Shown here: piece by piece, positions 17,965 to 26,633 of the stretch | How the letters are laid out: every line of letters begins with the position of its first letter | Position numbering within the stretch: the stretch's first letter is position 1 | From: an uncultured Methanosarcinales archaeon | Lineage (GTDB): Archaea; Nanobdellota; Nanobdellia; Woesearchaeales; GW2011-AR9 | Length of the DNA: 37,874 nt | Assembly: GCA_964362485.1 (NCBI GenBank) | Contig: CAYIEX010000001.1 | Location: 1 to 37,874 of the forward strand | Direction: 5' to 3' | Notes under the pieces: generated by a model | The model's input: the letters and a program-made list of their open reading frames with translations, nothing else | What the model was told of the DNA's origin: nothing | Database searches by the model: none | Made by a program: the position numbers and the translations under genes

Positions 17965-18405
17965 TTGGAGCAGAATATGATACAATCACTATTTCATGGA
18001 ACTAATTCTAATGAAGAGTACATTGTAAATGTTAATGGAGATAAAATTACGAAGTTATTTGGTCATTGGACGACCCACCCCGGTGAAGCAATGACTTATG
18101 CTTTTTTAACTGCTCGCAAATTTGGTGGTGAGATGGTCGTTTTCTATCTCCCCACATGGGATTCTCGTCATTTTGAGACAAAAGATGAACAGCAGGCATT
18201 GAATAGAACAGAAGAATGGTCAGAGTGGTATAACCTGACGGAACGAGGCAGCGATGCATGTCATAGAGCAGGGTGTTTAGAACAGCGTTCTGTTGTTATT
18301 TACTCACAAACAGAAATGGAAACGATTATTGAGCAGTACTGTGTGAACAAGGAGCGCGAGCGACGATTTTTACAAGAGCAGTTAGAATTACTAGCAAAAC
18401 GATAG
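17965..18405 (+). CDS. Hypothetical protein with a possible H-Y-E (ADP-ribosyltransferase-like) motif arrangement
   Basis: 146 aa with SLFHGT (H11), AMTYAF (Y45) and EQRSVVIY (E106). This is a motif-level resemblance only. Confidence 0.45.
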   Translation: MEQNMIQSLFHGTNSNEEYIVNVNGDKITKLFGHWTTHPGEAMTYAFLTARKFGGEMVVFYLPTWDSRHFETKDEQQALNRTEEWSEWYNLTERGSDACHRAGCLEQRSVVIYSQTEMETIIEQYCVNKERERRFLQEQLELLAKR

Positions 18406-18440
18406 ACACTTTTTTATAATACTAATGATAGAATCCGATT

Positions 18441-19496
18441 ATGCCACTTCCGCCTGAAGCGAAAGCACAACTTGCTGAACAAAAGAAACAATGCATCTTT
18501 TGTAAGATTATTAGTAAGGAAATTCAAACACATATTGTTTTTGAAGATAAGAAATCGATTGCTCTTATGGATATTTACCCAGCGGTGAAGGGCCACACTA
18601 TTTTTTTACCCAAAGAACATTATCCTTTATTACCATACTACGAGCCGGATGAAATCAAACCTTTTTTTGGACTTTTGCCACAAGTTGTAAAGTCTATTAA
18701 AGGAGCGATGGTTTCAACAGGAGTCGATATATTTATTGCAAGCGGGGGGGCTGCTGGACAGCAGAGCCCGCATTTTGCCTGCCATGTTTTACCTCGCGAA
18801 TCGGGGGATGGATTTTTGAATTTTCTGTTTAATCGTAAGTTTGGAAGCTTGAGTACGCAGCACCAGCAACTTTTTTTGACAACATTTCCAAAAGCTATTG
18901 CGGGATTTTTGCCGCAGCAGAATTTACCGGCATTAAGTAAAGGCGGGATGCCTACACACTTGGAAGGAATTGCCAAGAATTCACTCGTGTTATACGAGGA
19001 TGAACAGCTCTTGGTTGTAGCTCCTTCACGTAGTGCAGCAGAGGGGCATTTGGAGATTTATAGTAAACTCGAAGCGAAGTTTATTGAGAAGCTAACACCA
19101 GAGCAGAGTATTCGTTTCTTTTCTATTAGTTCACTGTGTTCTAACGTGGTTTTTAGTATTATGCAGCCGCAAGCGACTAACTTTATTTTGAAGTCGGGAA
19201 ATTCCGATGATAATAAAGACGGGTTATTATGTATGCACATTATTGCTCGCAAGCAAGGGGATCATTTACAAGGATTATTGTGGCAGCCACAACAGCCAAA
19301 ATATGATATTGGCGGCGTTGCAGCAAAGATGAAGGATCGAATGTGGGATGTTAAGTATGTGGAACCGAAGGTGGATGTGAAGAAGGAAGTCGTTGAGAAG
19401 AAGGTTGAAAAAAATGGTTCGTTGAAGGAGCAAGTTGAAAACACGCGTTCTAAAAATGAGATTGATGAAGCGATTCAGAGATTGTGGGGAAAGTAG
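18441..19496 (+). CDS. Tandem HIT-domain protein (both histidine-triad motifs degenerate) with a K/E-rich tail
   Basis: 351 aa. Domain 1 reads CIFCKII....IVFEDKKSIALMDIYPAVKGHTIFLPKEH...GGAAGQQSPHFACHVLPR. Domain 2 reads SLVLYEDEQLLVVAPSRSAAEGHLEIY...LLCMHIIARKQGD. Confidence 0.65.
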   Translation: MPLPPEAKAQLAEQKKQCIFCKIISKEIQTHIVFEDKKSIALMDIYPAVKGHTIFLPKEHYPLLPYYEPDEIKPFFGLLPQVVKSIKGAMVSTGVDIFIASGGAAGQQSPHFACHVLPRESGDGFLNFLFNRKFGSLSTQHQQLFLTTFPKAIAGFLPQQNLPALSKGGMPTHLEGIAKNSLVLYEDEQLLVVAPSRSAAEGHLEIYSKLEAKFIEKLTPEQSIRFFSISSLCSNVVFSIMQPQATNFILKSGNSDDNKDGLLCMHIIARKQGDHLQGLLWQPQQPKYDIGGVAAKMKDRMWDVKYVEPKVDVKKEVVEKKVEKNGSLKEQVENTRSKNEIDEAIQRLWGK

Positions 19497-19562
19497 TGAA
19501 AGTGGCAGTTTAGTGCTGATTTTAGGATAATTCTTAAATAGAAATTAGAGATTGAAGACATT

Positions 19563-20582
19563 ATGACTCAACTAATCCTTACTCACAGCGAAGATCCTGA
19601 TGGTATTATTGCCCATGCACTCTTGATTCGTGCGCTGGGAATTAAAGAGATTAATCCTGAGAATCATTTCTTTGCCCGCTATGATCGACTTGCTGATGAT
19701 TTTGGAAAACTGGAGAGAAGAGTGCAGGATGTTCCCAAATCGAGTGTGTACATTGCTGATATCGGTCTTAATGGACAACTTGCAGCAGCAGGGGGTAGAC
19801 CTTACGCTTGTCTGGAAGGAATCGCTTTAGCGGCAGAAGAGAAGTTTTGGGTCGATCATCATGAAACAACACTCAAGCATGGTGAGGCTCTGAGTCGGAT
19901 GGGCTTTCAATTACATTATAATTCGGAGCGCTGTGCTGCGCTTCTGATAAGAGATATATTTGGTTTACAAGGAGAGTATGAGTCTGAACTTGCCCAGATT
20001 GCACAAGCGCATGATCACAAGAAACCGGGCAGTGCTTCGGAGCGTGTTGTGAAAGGAAATGAAATTGAGAAAGTTATTGCGCTTGCTAATGAGCGTTTGG
20101 ATTATTCGACTATGCATAAACTCACTCTTGGTTTAGCGCAAGGAAAGGCAGTAGATCATGATTTTAATTTGCAGGGAGAATGGCGAGATCATGTTGTAGA
20201 GTTTGATACGCGAACGGTGGCTGCCTATCGGGAGCTTGAGAGTTCGATTGTTGTTGAGGAGGTTGCAGGACTAAGAGTTTTATTTGCGCATAGTCCAGCG
20301 ATTTTGTCTCAAAAACCAGCCCTTGAATACCTGCAGACAAACCATAGCAGGGCAAGTGATATGTACGTTTGTTTTTTCCGACCTCCGGTTCGTAATCATA
20401 TTATATTGCGAAAACAGGGAAGCAATTTTCCGGCAGTAGAATTATGTGGTAGCTTAGGTGGTGGCGGCCGTGGAAATGGTGGAGGGTTTAGTACAGTTGA
20501 GGATGTAGATGCTGCACGGATAAGTATGTATACAGCAATGATCAGTGCAAAAATTGTAGAATATCAAAGTAGATGTGCATAG
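19563..20582 (+). CDS. DHH/DHHA1 family phosphoesterase
   Basis: 339 aa with THSEDPDGIIAHAL (motifs I/II), VDHHETT (the DHH motif) and C-terminal GGGGRGNGGGFS in the position of the DHHA1 GGGH motif. Confidence 0.55.
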   Translation: MTQLILTHSEDPDGIIAHALLIRALGIKEINPENHFFARYDRLADDFGKLERRVQDVPKSSVYIADIGLNGQLAAAGGRPYACLEGIALAAEEKFWVDHHETTLKHGEALSRMGFQLHYNSERCAALLIRDIFGLQGEYESELAQIAQAHDHKKPGSASERVVKGNEIEKVIALANERLDYSTMHKLTLGLAQGKAVDHDFNLQGEWRDHVVEFDTRTVAAYRELESSIVVEEVAGLRVLFAHSPAILSQKPALEYLQTNHSRASDMYVCFFRPPVRNHIILRKQGSNFPAVELCGSLGGGGRGNGGGFSTVEDVDAARISMYTAMISAKIVEYQSRCA

Positions 20583-21607
20583 TGTTCAGCGAGATCGAAG
20601 TAGGCCTTAGCTTGGTAGAAGACTTCTTGTTTTTTTTCTGGAGTTAGGTTAGGATCATCATAGGTAAAACAATTGATCTTGGCCCGAATGTAGGCACGAT
20701 AACATTTGTAAAAGTCTATCAAGCGGTAGATGTCAGGGTCAGCTGTAATTTCACGATACTTTTCGGTAAGAGCATAGGACAATTCTTCTTTACCATGATA
20801 GTCTAGATCCATGGCCATAAATGCTACTTCAGCAATAACGTCAGAGCAAGGAAATCTTTTATTGAACACTATTCCATCAAAAATGTGACTTTGGTCTTTG
20901 GTAATAAAAATATTCTGAGAATGAAAATCACCATGGCAATGTTTAATGTTACCCTTTTTTACACGATCGTGGAATAACTCTTTATTTTCTTCAATAAAGT
21001 TCTTTATCTTTTTTTTTAGATTTGTGAATTGATCTTTAGAAATCATTGGACCAATGTAGCTTTCTGTCTGTGAAAAGTTCTCATCCCAATTAAATTGGAT
21101 GGATTGTAGTGAACCAAACTGTTGTACTTCCTCACCCGCGGGTGCAATTTGATGATAGGCATGAATTTTCTGTGCTAGCTCATGAATATGGTGACGAGTG
21201 ACTTTGTTCTCTTTGAGAAGCTTATCCATGGTGCTGTTAGGATCCATCTGTTTCATCTTGACAGCATATTCAACAATCTCGCCCGGAGTATCAATTTTGA
21301 GTGATCCGTCTTTACTTAGATTAAGAGTAGAAACACCGATATAAATGGAGGGAGACAGAAGAGAATTGTGGTTGAATTCTTTCTCGCACTGTTCTTTTCT
21401 TTTTTCGAGAGTAGAAAAATCAAGAAAGCCGAAGTTAACAGGCTTATTAATTTTGTAGACAAATTCACCGGTTAGAAAAACGACTGAAGCCCCAGTAATG
21501 ACTGTTTGGATTTTTGAAGTGGGATGCGGGTACGAACTACGTTGTTCTAGGGTGTTGATTAAATCTTTTGTATCCACTGTCAAAACCGAACTTTTTTGCT
21601 TGATCAT
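20564..21607 (-). CDS. Phosphotransferase-family (APH/choline-kinase-like) protein
   Basis: 347 aa with the Brenner-type catalytic motif HCHGDFHSQNIFI and a downstream IFDGIVFN. Its 3' end overlaps the DHH gene by 19 nt. Confidence 0.6.
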   Translation of the reverse strand: MIKQKSSVLTVDTKDLINTLEQRSSYPHPTSKIQTVITGASVVFLTGEFVYKINKPVNFGFLDFSTLEKRKEQCEKEFNHNSLLSPSIYIGVSTLNLSKDGSLKIDTPGEIVEYAVKMKQMDPNSTMDKLLKENKVTRHHIHELAQKIHAYHQIAPAGEEVQQFGSLQSIQFNWDENFSQTESYIGPMISKDQFTNLKKKIKNFIEENKELFHDRVKKGNIKHCHGDFHSQNIFITKDQSHIFDGIVFNKRFPCSDVIAEVAFMAMDLDYHGKEELSYALTEKYREITADPDIYRLIDFYKCYRAYIRAKINCFTYDDPNLTPEKKQEVFYQAKAYFDLAEHYAHLL

Positions 21608-21679
21608 ATTATATAAACTTTTAGAATCTTCAGTTCATTAATCGGAATTCTTATAATTGGGAAGATATTTGGTTTGATT

Positions 21680-22402
21680 ATGGGAAGCCCTACACCAATT
21701 ACAGCGAATTTTATTTATCAGGTGGCAACTATAAACAATACCTTTGCCAGTGTTGAGGATAGTTTGGATTTAAAGGTCCGAGGGTCTGTTAGCTCCCCAT
21801 GGATTCTTCCGGGGTTTGTTCTGATGGATTCTCCATGGATAGGTCCATGTTATGTTTATAATAATCAAAATGAATTACAGCTTGGCTATCGCATTGAGCC
21901 GAAAAATGAAGATTTAAAATTTAATTCTGCTCAGAAAGTGGTTGTTGACTGTTATGACACAGCGATGCATGATTTTCTACGAAATGTTAGCACGGTGATG
22001 AAAACGTCTCGAGATTTAAAGCATATTCAACTTTTGTGCAATGCTGTTGTGCCATTAGATGTCAACGATGATCCACTGACACCACATATTCAAGGGCAGG
22101 GGTATACACCACGTAGGTTTTATATCGATGAAAAGCGTTCGGTAACACATCTCTATACTTGTGACGGTGGTCACGTAGGATGGATTGAAACAAAGCAGGG
22201 GCCTAAAATGAGATGGGAGAGACTCTATGGTTTTTCTGAATGCAGAGATGGGGTGGCACACGCATTTAGAGATGTCCATGCAAGAAGTGAACGTAAAGGA
22301 GAGCTTGTAACAGCTCTGCCGTATCACGCCAAGAGTATGACTATTGCAGAGATTACTCATTATCTTATGACGAGCCTGAATCATTTTCTCGATAAATCAT
22401 AA
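21680..22402 (+). CDS. Hypothetical protein
   Basis: The ORF track starts at TTG 21674. The first ATG is at 21680. No recognisable motif. Confidence 0.5.
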   Translation: MGSPTPITANFIYQVATINNTFASVEDSLDLKVRGSVSSPWILPGFVLMDSPWIGPCYVYNNQNELQLGYRIEPKNEDLKFNSAQKVVVDCYDTAMHDFLRNVSTVMKTSRDLKHIQLLCNAVVPLDVNDDPLTPHIQGQGYTPRRFYIDEKRSVTHLYTCDGGHVGWIETKQGPKMRWERLYGFSECRDGVAHAFRDVHARSERKGELVTALPYHAKSMTIAEITHYLMTSLNHFLDKS

Positions 22403-22450
22403 TCGTGATTTCCTTTTCTGGGATATTGCCGAAACCCCAAATTCACAAAA

Positions 22451-22460
22451 CCTATATAAA
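22451..22460 (+). promoter_or_regulatory. BRE/TATA element of gatD
   Basis: acaaaaCCTATATAAA is centred 27 nt upstream of the ATG at 22483 (leaderless geometry). Confidence 0.55.
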
Positions 22461-22482
22461 TCTCCGTTCATTCGATTGAGCA

Positions 22483-23784
22483 ATGGCAAAGGTGGATATG
22501 CAACCAGGGGATAAGGTTACGATTATTACAAAGACGAGCAAGGAAGAAGGAATTTTGATTCCAAGTCCGGATAAGAGTGTTGTTATTCTCAAATTAAAAA
22601 CTGGCTATAATCAGGGCTTTGATGCGAAAAATGTCAAAGAAATTACCCTTGTGGAGAAAGCGAAGACTACGGTTGGAGCACAGAAGAAAGTTGTGAAGAA
22701 TAAAGATTTGCCAACTATTGCCATATTGCACACGGGAGGAACTATTGCTTCAAAAGTTGATTACCGTACGGGTGGTGTTGTTGCAAGTTTTGAACCATCA
22801 GAATTGGTATCACTGTTTCCTGAACTCGAGACTATTGCCAATATTGAATCGGAACTTGTAGCTAATATGTGGAGCGATGATTTACGCTTTACCCATTTTA
22901 CGCTGATTGCTCAAAAAATTGAGGAGTATACCAAGAAAGGTGTGAAAGGGATAATTATCGGTATGGGTACTGATAATTTAGCGGTAGCTGCCGCGGCACT
23001 TTCATTTATGATTGAGAATTCACCAATTCCCATCATCTTTCTCGGGTCGCAGCGCAGTTCAGATCGAGGTTCAGCGGACGCTGCGATGAATATGATTTGC
23101 GCGGCACGCTTCATTGTGCAGACTGATTTGGTGGGTGTTGCGATTTGTATGCATGAGCATGAAGATGATGATTCTTGTGTCATTTTGCCGGCGGTCAAGA
23201 CCTATAAGTTACATTCGTCGAGGCGGGATGCATTTAAGGTAGTGAACGGTACGGCGCTCGCGCGAGTTTTGTATCCAGTAGGGTTAGTGCAGATGCTTAC
23301 AAAGTCCTATCCGCGTAAACAAGGGCAAATACGGATTCTTTCTAAAATGGAAGATAAAGTAGGGTTACTCAAGATTCACATTAATATGTTTCCCGAACAG
23401 TTCTCATTTTTTGAAGGGTACAAAGGACTAATCATTGAAGGGACCGGCCTTGGCCACACGCCGGGACAAGTACCTAATGACTTATGTGCAATTCATAAAA
23501 AAATGTATCCCGCTCTTAAGAAAGTAATAGATTCAGGGTGTGTTGTGGTGATGACAACGCAGTGTTTATTTGGAACTGTGAATATGAATGTGTACAGTAA
23601 GGGAAGAGATTTGCTGGAGTTGGGTGTAATACCAGGGCATGATATGCTGGCTAACACGGCTTTGGTGAAATTATCGTGGCTGCTTGGAAATTTTAAACGC
23701 GAAGAAGTGAAGAAGTTGATGGGTGAGAATCTGCGTGGCGAGATTGTGCAGAGAATTGAGTATGAGAAGGATTTCTTGAAGTGA
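22483..23784 (+). CDS. gatD: Glutamyl-tRNA(Gln) amidotransferase subunit D (GatD)
   Basis: 433 aa with an N-terminal GDKVTII...EGILIP domain followed by an asparaginase-type domain (ILHTGGTIASKVDYRTGGV, GMGTDNLA). Confidence 0.9.
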   Translation: MAKVDMQPGDKVTIITKTSKEEGILIPSPDKSVVILKLKTGYNQGFDAKNVKEITLVEKAKTTVGAQKKVVKNKDLPTIAILHTGGTIASKVDYRTGGVVASFEPSELVSLFPELETIANIESELVANMWSDDLRFTHFTLIAQKIEEYTKKGVKGIIIGMGTDNLAVAAAALSFMIENSPIPIIFLGSQRSSDRGSADAAMNMICAARFIVQTDLVGVAICMHEHEDDDSCVILPAVKTYKLHSSRRDAFKVVNGTALARVLYPVGLVQMLTKSYPRKQGQIRILSKMEDKVGLLKIHINMFPEQFSFFEGYKGLIIEGTGLGHTPGQVPNDLCAIHKKMYPALKKVIDSGCVVVMTTQCLFGTVNMNVYSKGRDLLELGVIPGHDMLANTALVKLSWLLGNFKREEVKKLMGENLRGEIVQRIEYEKDFLK

Positions 23785-23859
23785 AAGTAGTAGGTGGAAT
23801 ATACCTCCTTCCCAAAAGATATATTAACCTAAGGGTCCTGACTAGTTGTTGGTGAACTA

Positions 23860-24132
23860 ATGAGACTATTCATTCTTCTGGTTGTTCTTGTGCTGGCGAT
23901 AACTATACTTGGATGCAATCAAAGTCCGGATGTACCTGCAGAGAAATATTGTAAAACCGACGGGGATTGTGTTGCGGCAACGTGCTGTCATCCAACTGAT
24001 GTTGTTAACCAGGAGAACAAACCGGATTGTAGTGCGGTATCGTGTACAATGGAATGTCAGTCGGGAACTCTTGATTGTGGCGAAGGACAAATTCGCTGTG
24101 TAGAAAATGAATGTCGAGCGTTGATGGGATGA
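23860..24132 (+). CDS. Small secreted/lipoprotein-like cysteine-rich protein
   Basis: 90 aa. The signal peptide ends in a lipobox-like ILGC. There are 11 Cys in total (C..DGDC....CCH...C....C...C......C......C....C). Confidence 0.6.
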   Translation: MRLFILLVVLVLAITILGCNQSPDVPAEKYCKTDGDCVAATCCHPTDVVNQENKPDCSAVSCTMECQSGTLDCGEGQIRCVENECRALMG

Positions 24133-24800
24133 GCGTAAATTTGCGCGGTGTTGTCCGCGATTTTGTGTTCGGAATGGAGGATGGTCTTGTTTCTAACTTG
24201 GGATTAGTTCTTGGAGTTTATGTGGGTGGTGGGTCTGCAAGCGTAATTATTCTTGCTGGTCTTGCAAGCATGTTTGCCGGTGCTTTTTCGATGTCAGCAG
24301 GAAGTTATCTTTCGGCGAAATCGCAGCGTGAAGTATATGAAGCAGAGATTAAAGCGGCAGAAAGAGAGGTTAAGAAAAATCCACTGAAGCATTTGACGGA
24401 AATGAGCGTTCTTTTACGTAAAGAAGGGTTTGATAAAAAAGAAGTGGACGTTATTTGTACACACTTTGCCCGACACAATCAGAAAACATTCGCTAAAAAT
24501 TATATCCAAAAGAAAGTCGGTCTCTTCAAGAGACGATTTGATCTGCCCTGGCAAAACGCAATAACGATGTTTTTTTCATTTCTTGCGGGATCAGCATTTC
24601 CAATTGTTCCATTTATACTCTTTACCGGAATGGAAGCAGCGGTCATAGCGACAGTTCTTACGATCATCACGCTTTTTACAGTGGGGGTAGCAAAGACGCG
24701 CTATACGGGCCGCGCTTGGTATACATCGGGTCTTGAAGTGGTGCTCGTGGGCCTTGGAGCGGGGATTATTGGGTACGTGGTTGGGTTATTGGTGGGATAA
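24129..24800 (+). CDS. VIT1/CCC1 family iron/manganese transporter
   Basis: FVFGMEDGLVSNLGLVLGV plus C-terminal TM helices. The ATG at 24129 overlaps the upstream TGA (ATGA). The track start at 24111 is an alternative. Confidence 0.75.
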   Translation: MSVNLRGVVRDFVFGMEDGLVSNLGLVLGVYVGGGSASVIILAGLASMFAGAFSMSAGSYLSAKSQREVYEAEIKAAEREVKKNPLKHLTEMSVLLRKEGFDKKEVDVICTHFARHNQKTFAKNYIQKKVGLFKRRFDLPWQNAITMFFSFLAGSAFPIVPFILFTGMEAAVIATVLTIITLFTVGVAKTRYTGRAWYTSGLEVVLVGLGAGIIGYVVGLLVG

Positions 24801-24832
24801 ATTCTTTAAAGTGAAGGGTCCATATTATTGTT

Positions 24833-25414
24833 ATGAAGCCTTTGTCCAGAAAATTTTTCGATAGGCCGCCCGAAGTTGTCGCGCGTGAATTATTGGGGAA
24901 AGTGTTGAAGGTTGGTCCGTGTTCTGGCGTAATTGTAGAGACGGAAGCGTACGCCACGGATCCTGCCTCGCACGCGCACACGCGAACAACACGTAGTGCA
25001 ATCATGTATGATACTTATGCGCACGTGTATGTTTATTTTATTTATGGGATGTATTGGTGTCTCAATTTTACAACGGAGAAGAATAAAGCAGGAGCGGTGC
25101 TTATTCGGGCGATAGAACCACTTACGGGAATTGATGTGATGAGGAAGAGACGTGGAGTAGAGATGATAGAACAGCTATGTTCTGGTCCGGGGAAATTATG
25201 TCAGGCATTTGGAATTGATGGATCGTTTAATGGTAAGCTTGTAGGGAAGGAAGTAGGGGTTTTTGATAATGGATGCGATGTGGGTGTTATTGGGGTAAGC
25301 AGTCGGATTGAAATTACGTCAGCACGAGATTTAGACTGGCGGTTCTATGTGGAGGGGAATCGATTTGTGAGTGGGAGTAATATTTTGAAAAGAAGTAGAA
25401 TAAAACGAGACTAA
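24833..25414 (+). CDS. DNA-3-methyladenine glycosylase (MPG/AAG family)
   Basis: 193 aa with FFDRPPEVVARELLGKVL, VIVETEAYATDPASHA, YFIYGMYWCLN, AVLIRAIEP and LCSGPGKLCQAFGI. Confidence 0.85.
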   Translation: MKPLSRKFFDRPPEVVARELLGKVLKVGPCSGVIVETEAYATDPASHAHTRTTRSAIMYDTYAHVYVYFIYGMYWCLNFTTEKNKAGAVLIRAIEPLTGIDVMRKRRGVEMIEQLCSGPGKLCQAFGIDGSFNGKLVGKEVGVFDNGCDVGVIGVSSRIEITSARDLDWRFYVEGNRFVSGSNILKRSRIKRD

Positions 25415-25442
25415 TCGCCCTCAGTGTATATATCGCAAGAGA

Positions 25443-26135
25443 TTATTCTTCTCTATCTAAAAAATGATACCCTGCAGCTATTCGTTCTGCTTCTTGTGGG
25501 TGAATCCGAAAATACGCTGCGCTTTCATATGCTTTGGCAAGTGTTAGTAGCCGGTGGATCTCAGCAATACCTTGGATTTTAAGTACAGGATTGAGGCCAT
25601 TATCAAAGGTGGTTGGTCGCGTGGTGAAATTTACTGGACGCAAACCACGAAGATCACGATCTTCCCCGTGGGCATACTTTTCACCAAAATCTCGGATAAC
25701 AAGATCAAGATATGGTTCTGGTGAATCGATGATTTCTTGAGCCTTTACAACACCTTGGCCTTCTCTTCGTAGGGGAAGTGCGGTGGCATAAAGATCAATA
25801 TCAAATAGATTTGAACTTTGAAAAAATACTATTTCAATTTGATGCGCAGAGAGGGTGGGCATGGGAAAATTGAGAATGCATACCGCGCACTCTGTGATTA
25901 TGCGATCATCAAAGTCAATGGTTCTCGGCTTTGGGTTATAGCTAATAAAACCAGTTCTATTTGGTTCTAAGTTTAGGAGTGTTAGTAATGATTGATCAAT
26001 AAATGAAGGACGAGTTGACCCTTTGGTAGCGGGATAATACAGTTTCTCAATGACTTTTTGAGCCATTGGATCAAGTGTAAATTTTCCTAGACCGCCTTCT
26101 TTTTCTCCATTCCCCAGTCGTTCTATGAGTTGCAT
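25443..26135 (-). CDS. Hypothetical protein
   Basis: 230-aa ORF. No recognisable motif. Confidence 0.5.
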   Translation of the reverse strand: MQLIERLGNGEKEGGLGKFTLDPMAQKVIEKLYYPATKGSTRPSFIDQSLLTLLNLEPNRTGFISYNPKPRTIDFDDRIITECAVCILNFPMPTLSAHQIEIVFFQSSNLFDIDLYATALPLRREGQGVVKAQEIIDSPEPYLDLVIRDFGEKYAHGEDRDLRGLRPVNFTTRPTTFDNGLNPVLKIQGIAEIHRLLTLAKAYESAAYFRIHPQEAERIAAGYHFLDREE

Positions 26136-26303
26136 GGGTGATAGTGGTAAAGATGATTTAATAAAATTATCGAGAGAGGAGAATCTATTTTTGAAGTAAG
26201 GGAGTCTAGATGAGCGATGATTTGGAATCTAAGGTGAGAGGGGGGTTGGTTACTCTAAATAACCAGAAAGTTTAAATAGTTCGCTTTGGTTATCCTAAGT
26301 AAC

Positions 26304-26633
26304 ATGATCACAAAAAGTCAAATTTTGGTGTTTAAACGGTCTGCAGATACTCTTTATGCTTCCGGAGATTACACCTCAGCGACAATTTTGTACTTTAAGA
26401 CATTGTTTGCTATCCAAGATTATCTTCTTCTTGAGAAAATTGGAGAGTCGCCAAAAGACCATACGAGTAGATTTAGGATGCTCGAGAAAAATTTTCCACA
26501 ATTGTTCCATGAATTAGACTTAGAGTTCAGCACGTATCGGGACACGTATTCAAAAATTATTGATCCAGAAACGTGTTTACGTATAAAAGAGATAGTTAAC
26601 AACAATGTTACACAATACAAAATTAATAAATGA
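26304..26633 (+). CDS. HEPN-like small helical protein (no Rx4-6H motif seen)
   Basis: About 109 aa from the first ATG. The pattern A..L...GDY..A..LYF....A..D.LL...G.SPKDHT.R...L resembles the non-catalytic HEPN domain that partners with nucleotidyltransferases. The TATA-like gtttaaatag is centred about 30 nt upstream of ATG 26304. Confidence 0.5.
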   Translation: MITKSQILVFKRSADTLYASGDYTSATILYFKTLFAIQDYLLLEKIGESPKDHTSRFRMLEKNFPQLFHELDLEFSTYRDTYSKIIDPETCLRIKEIVNNNVTQYKINK

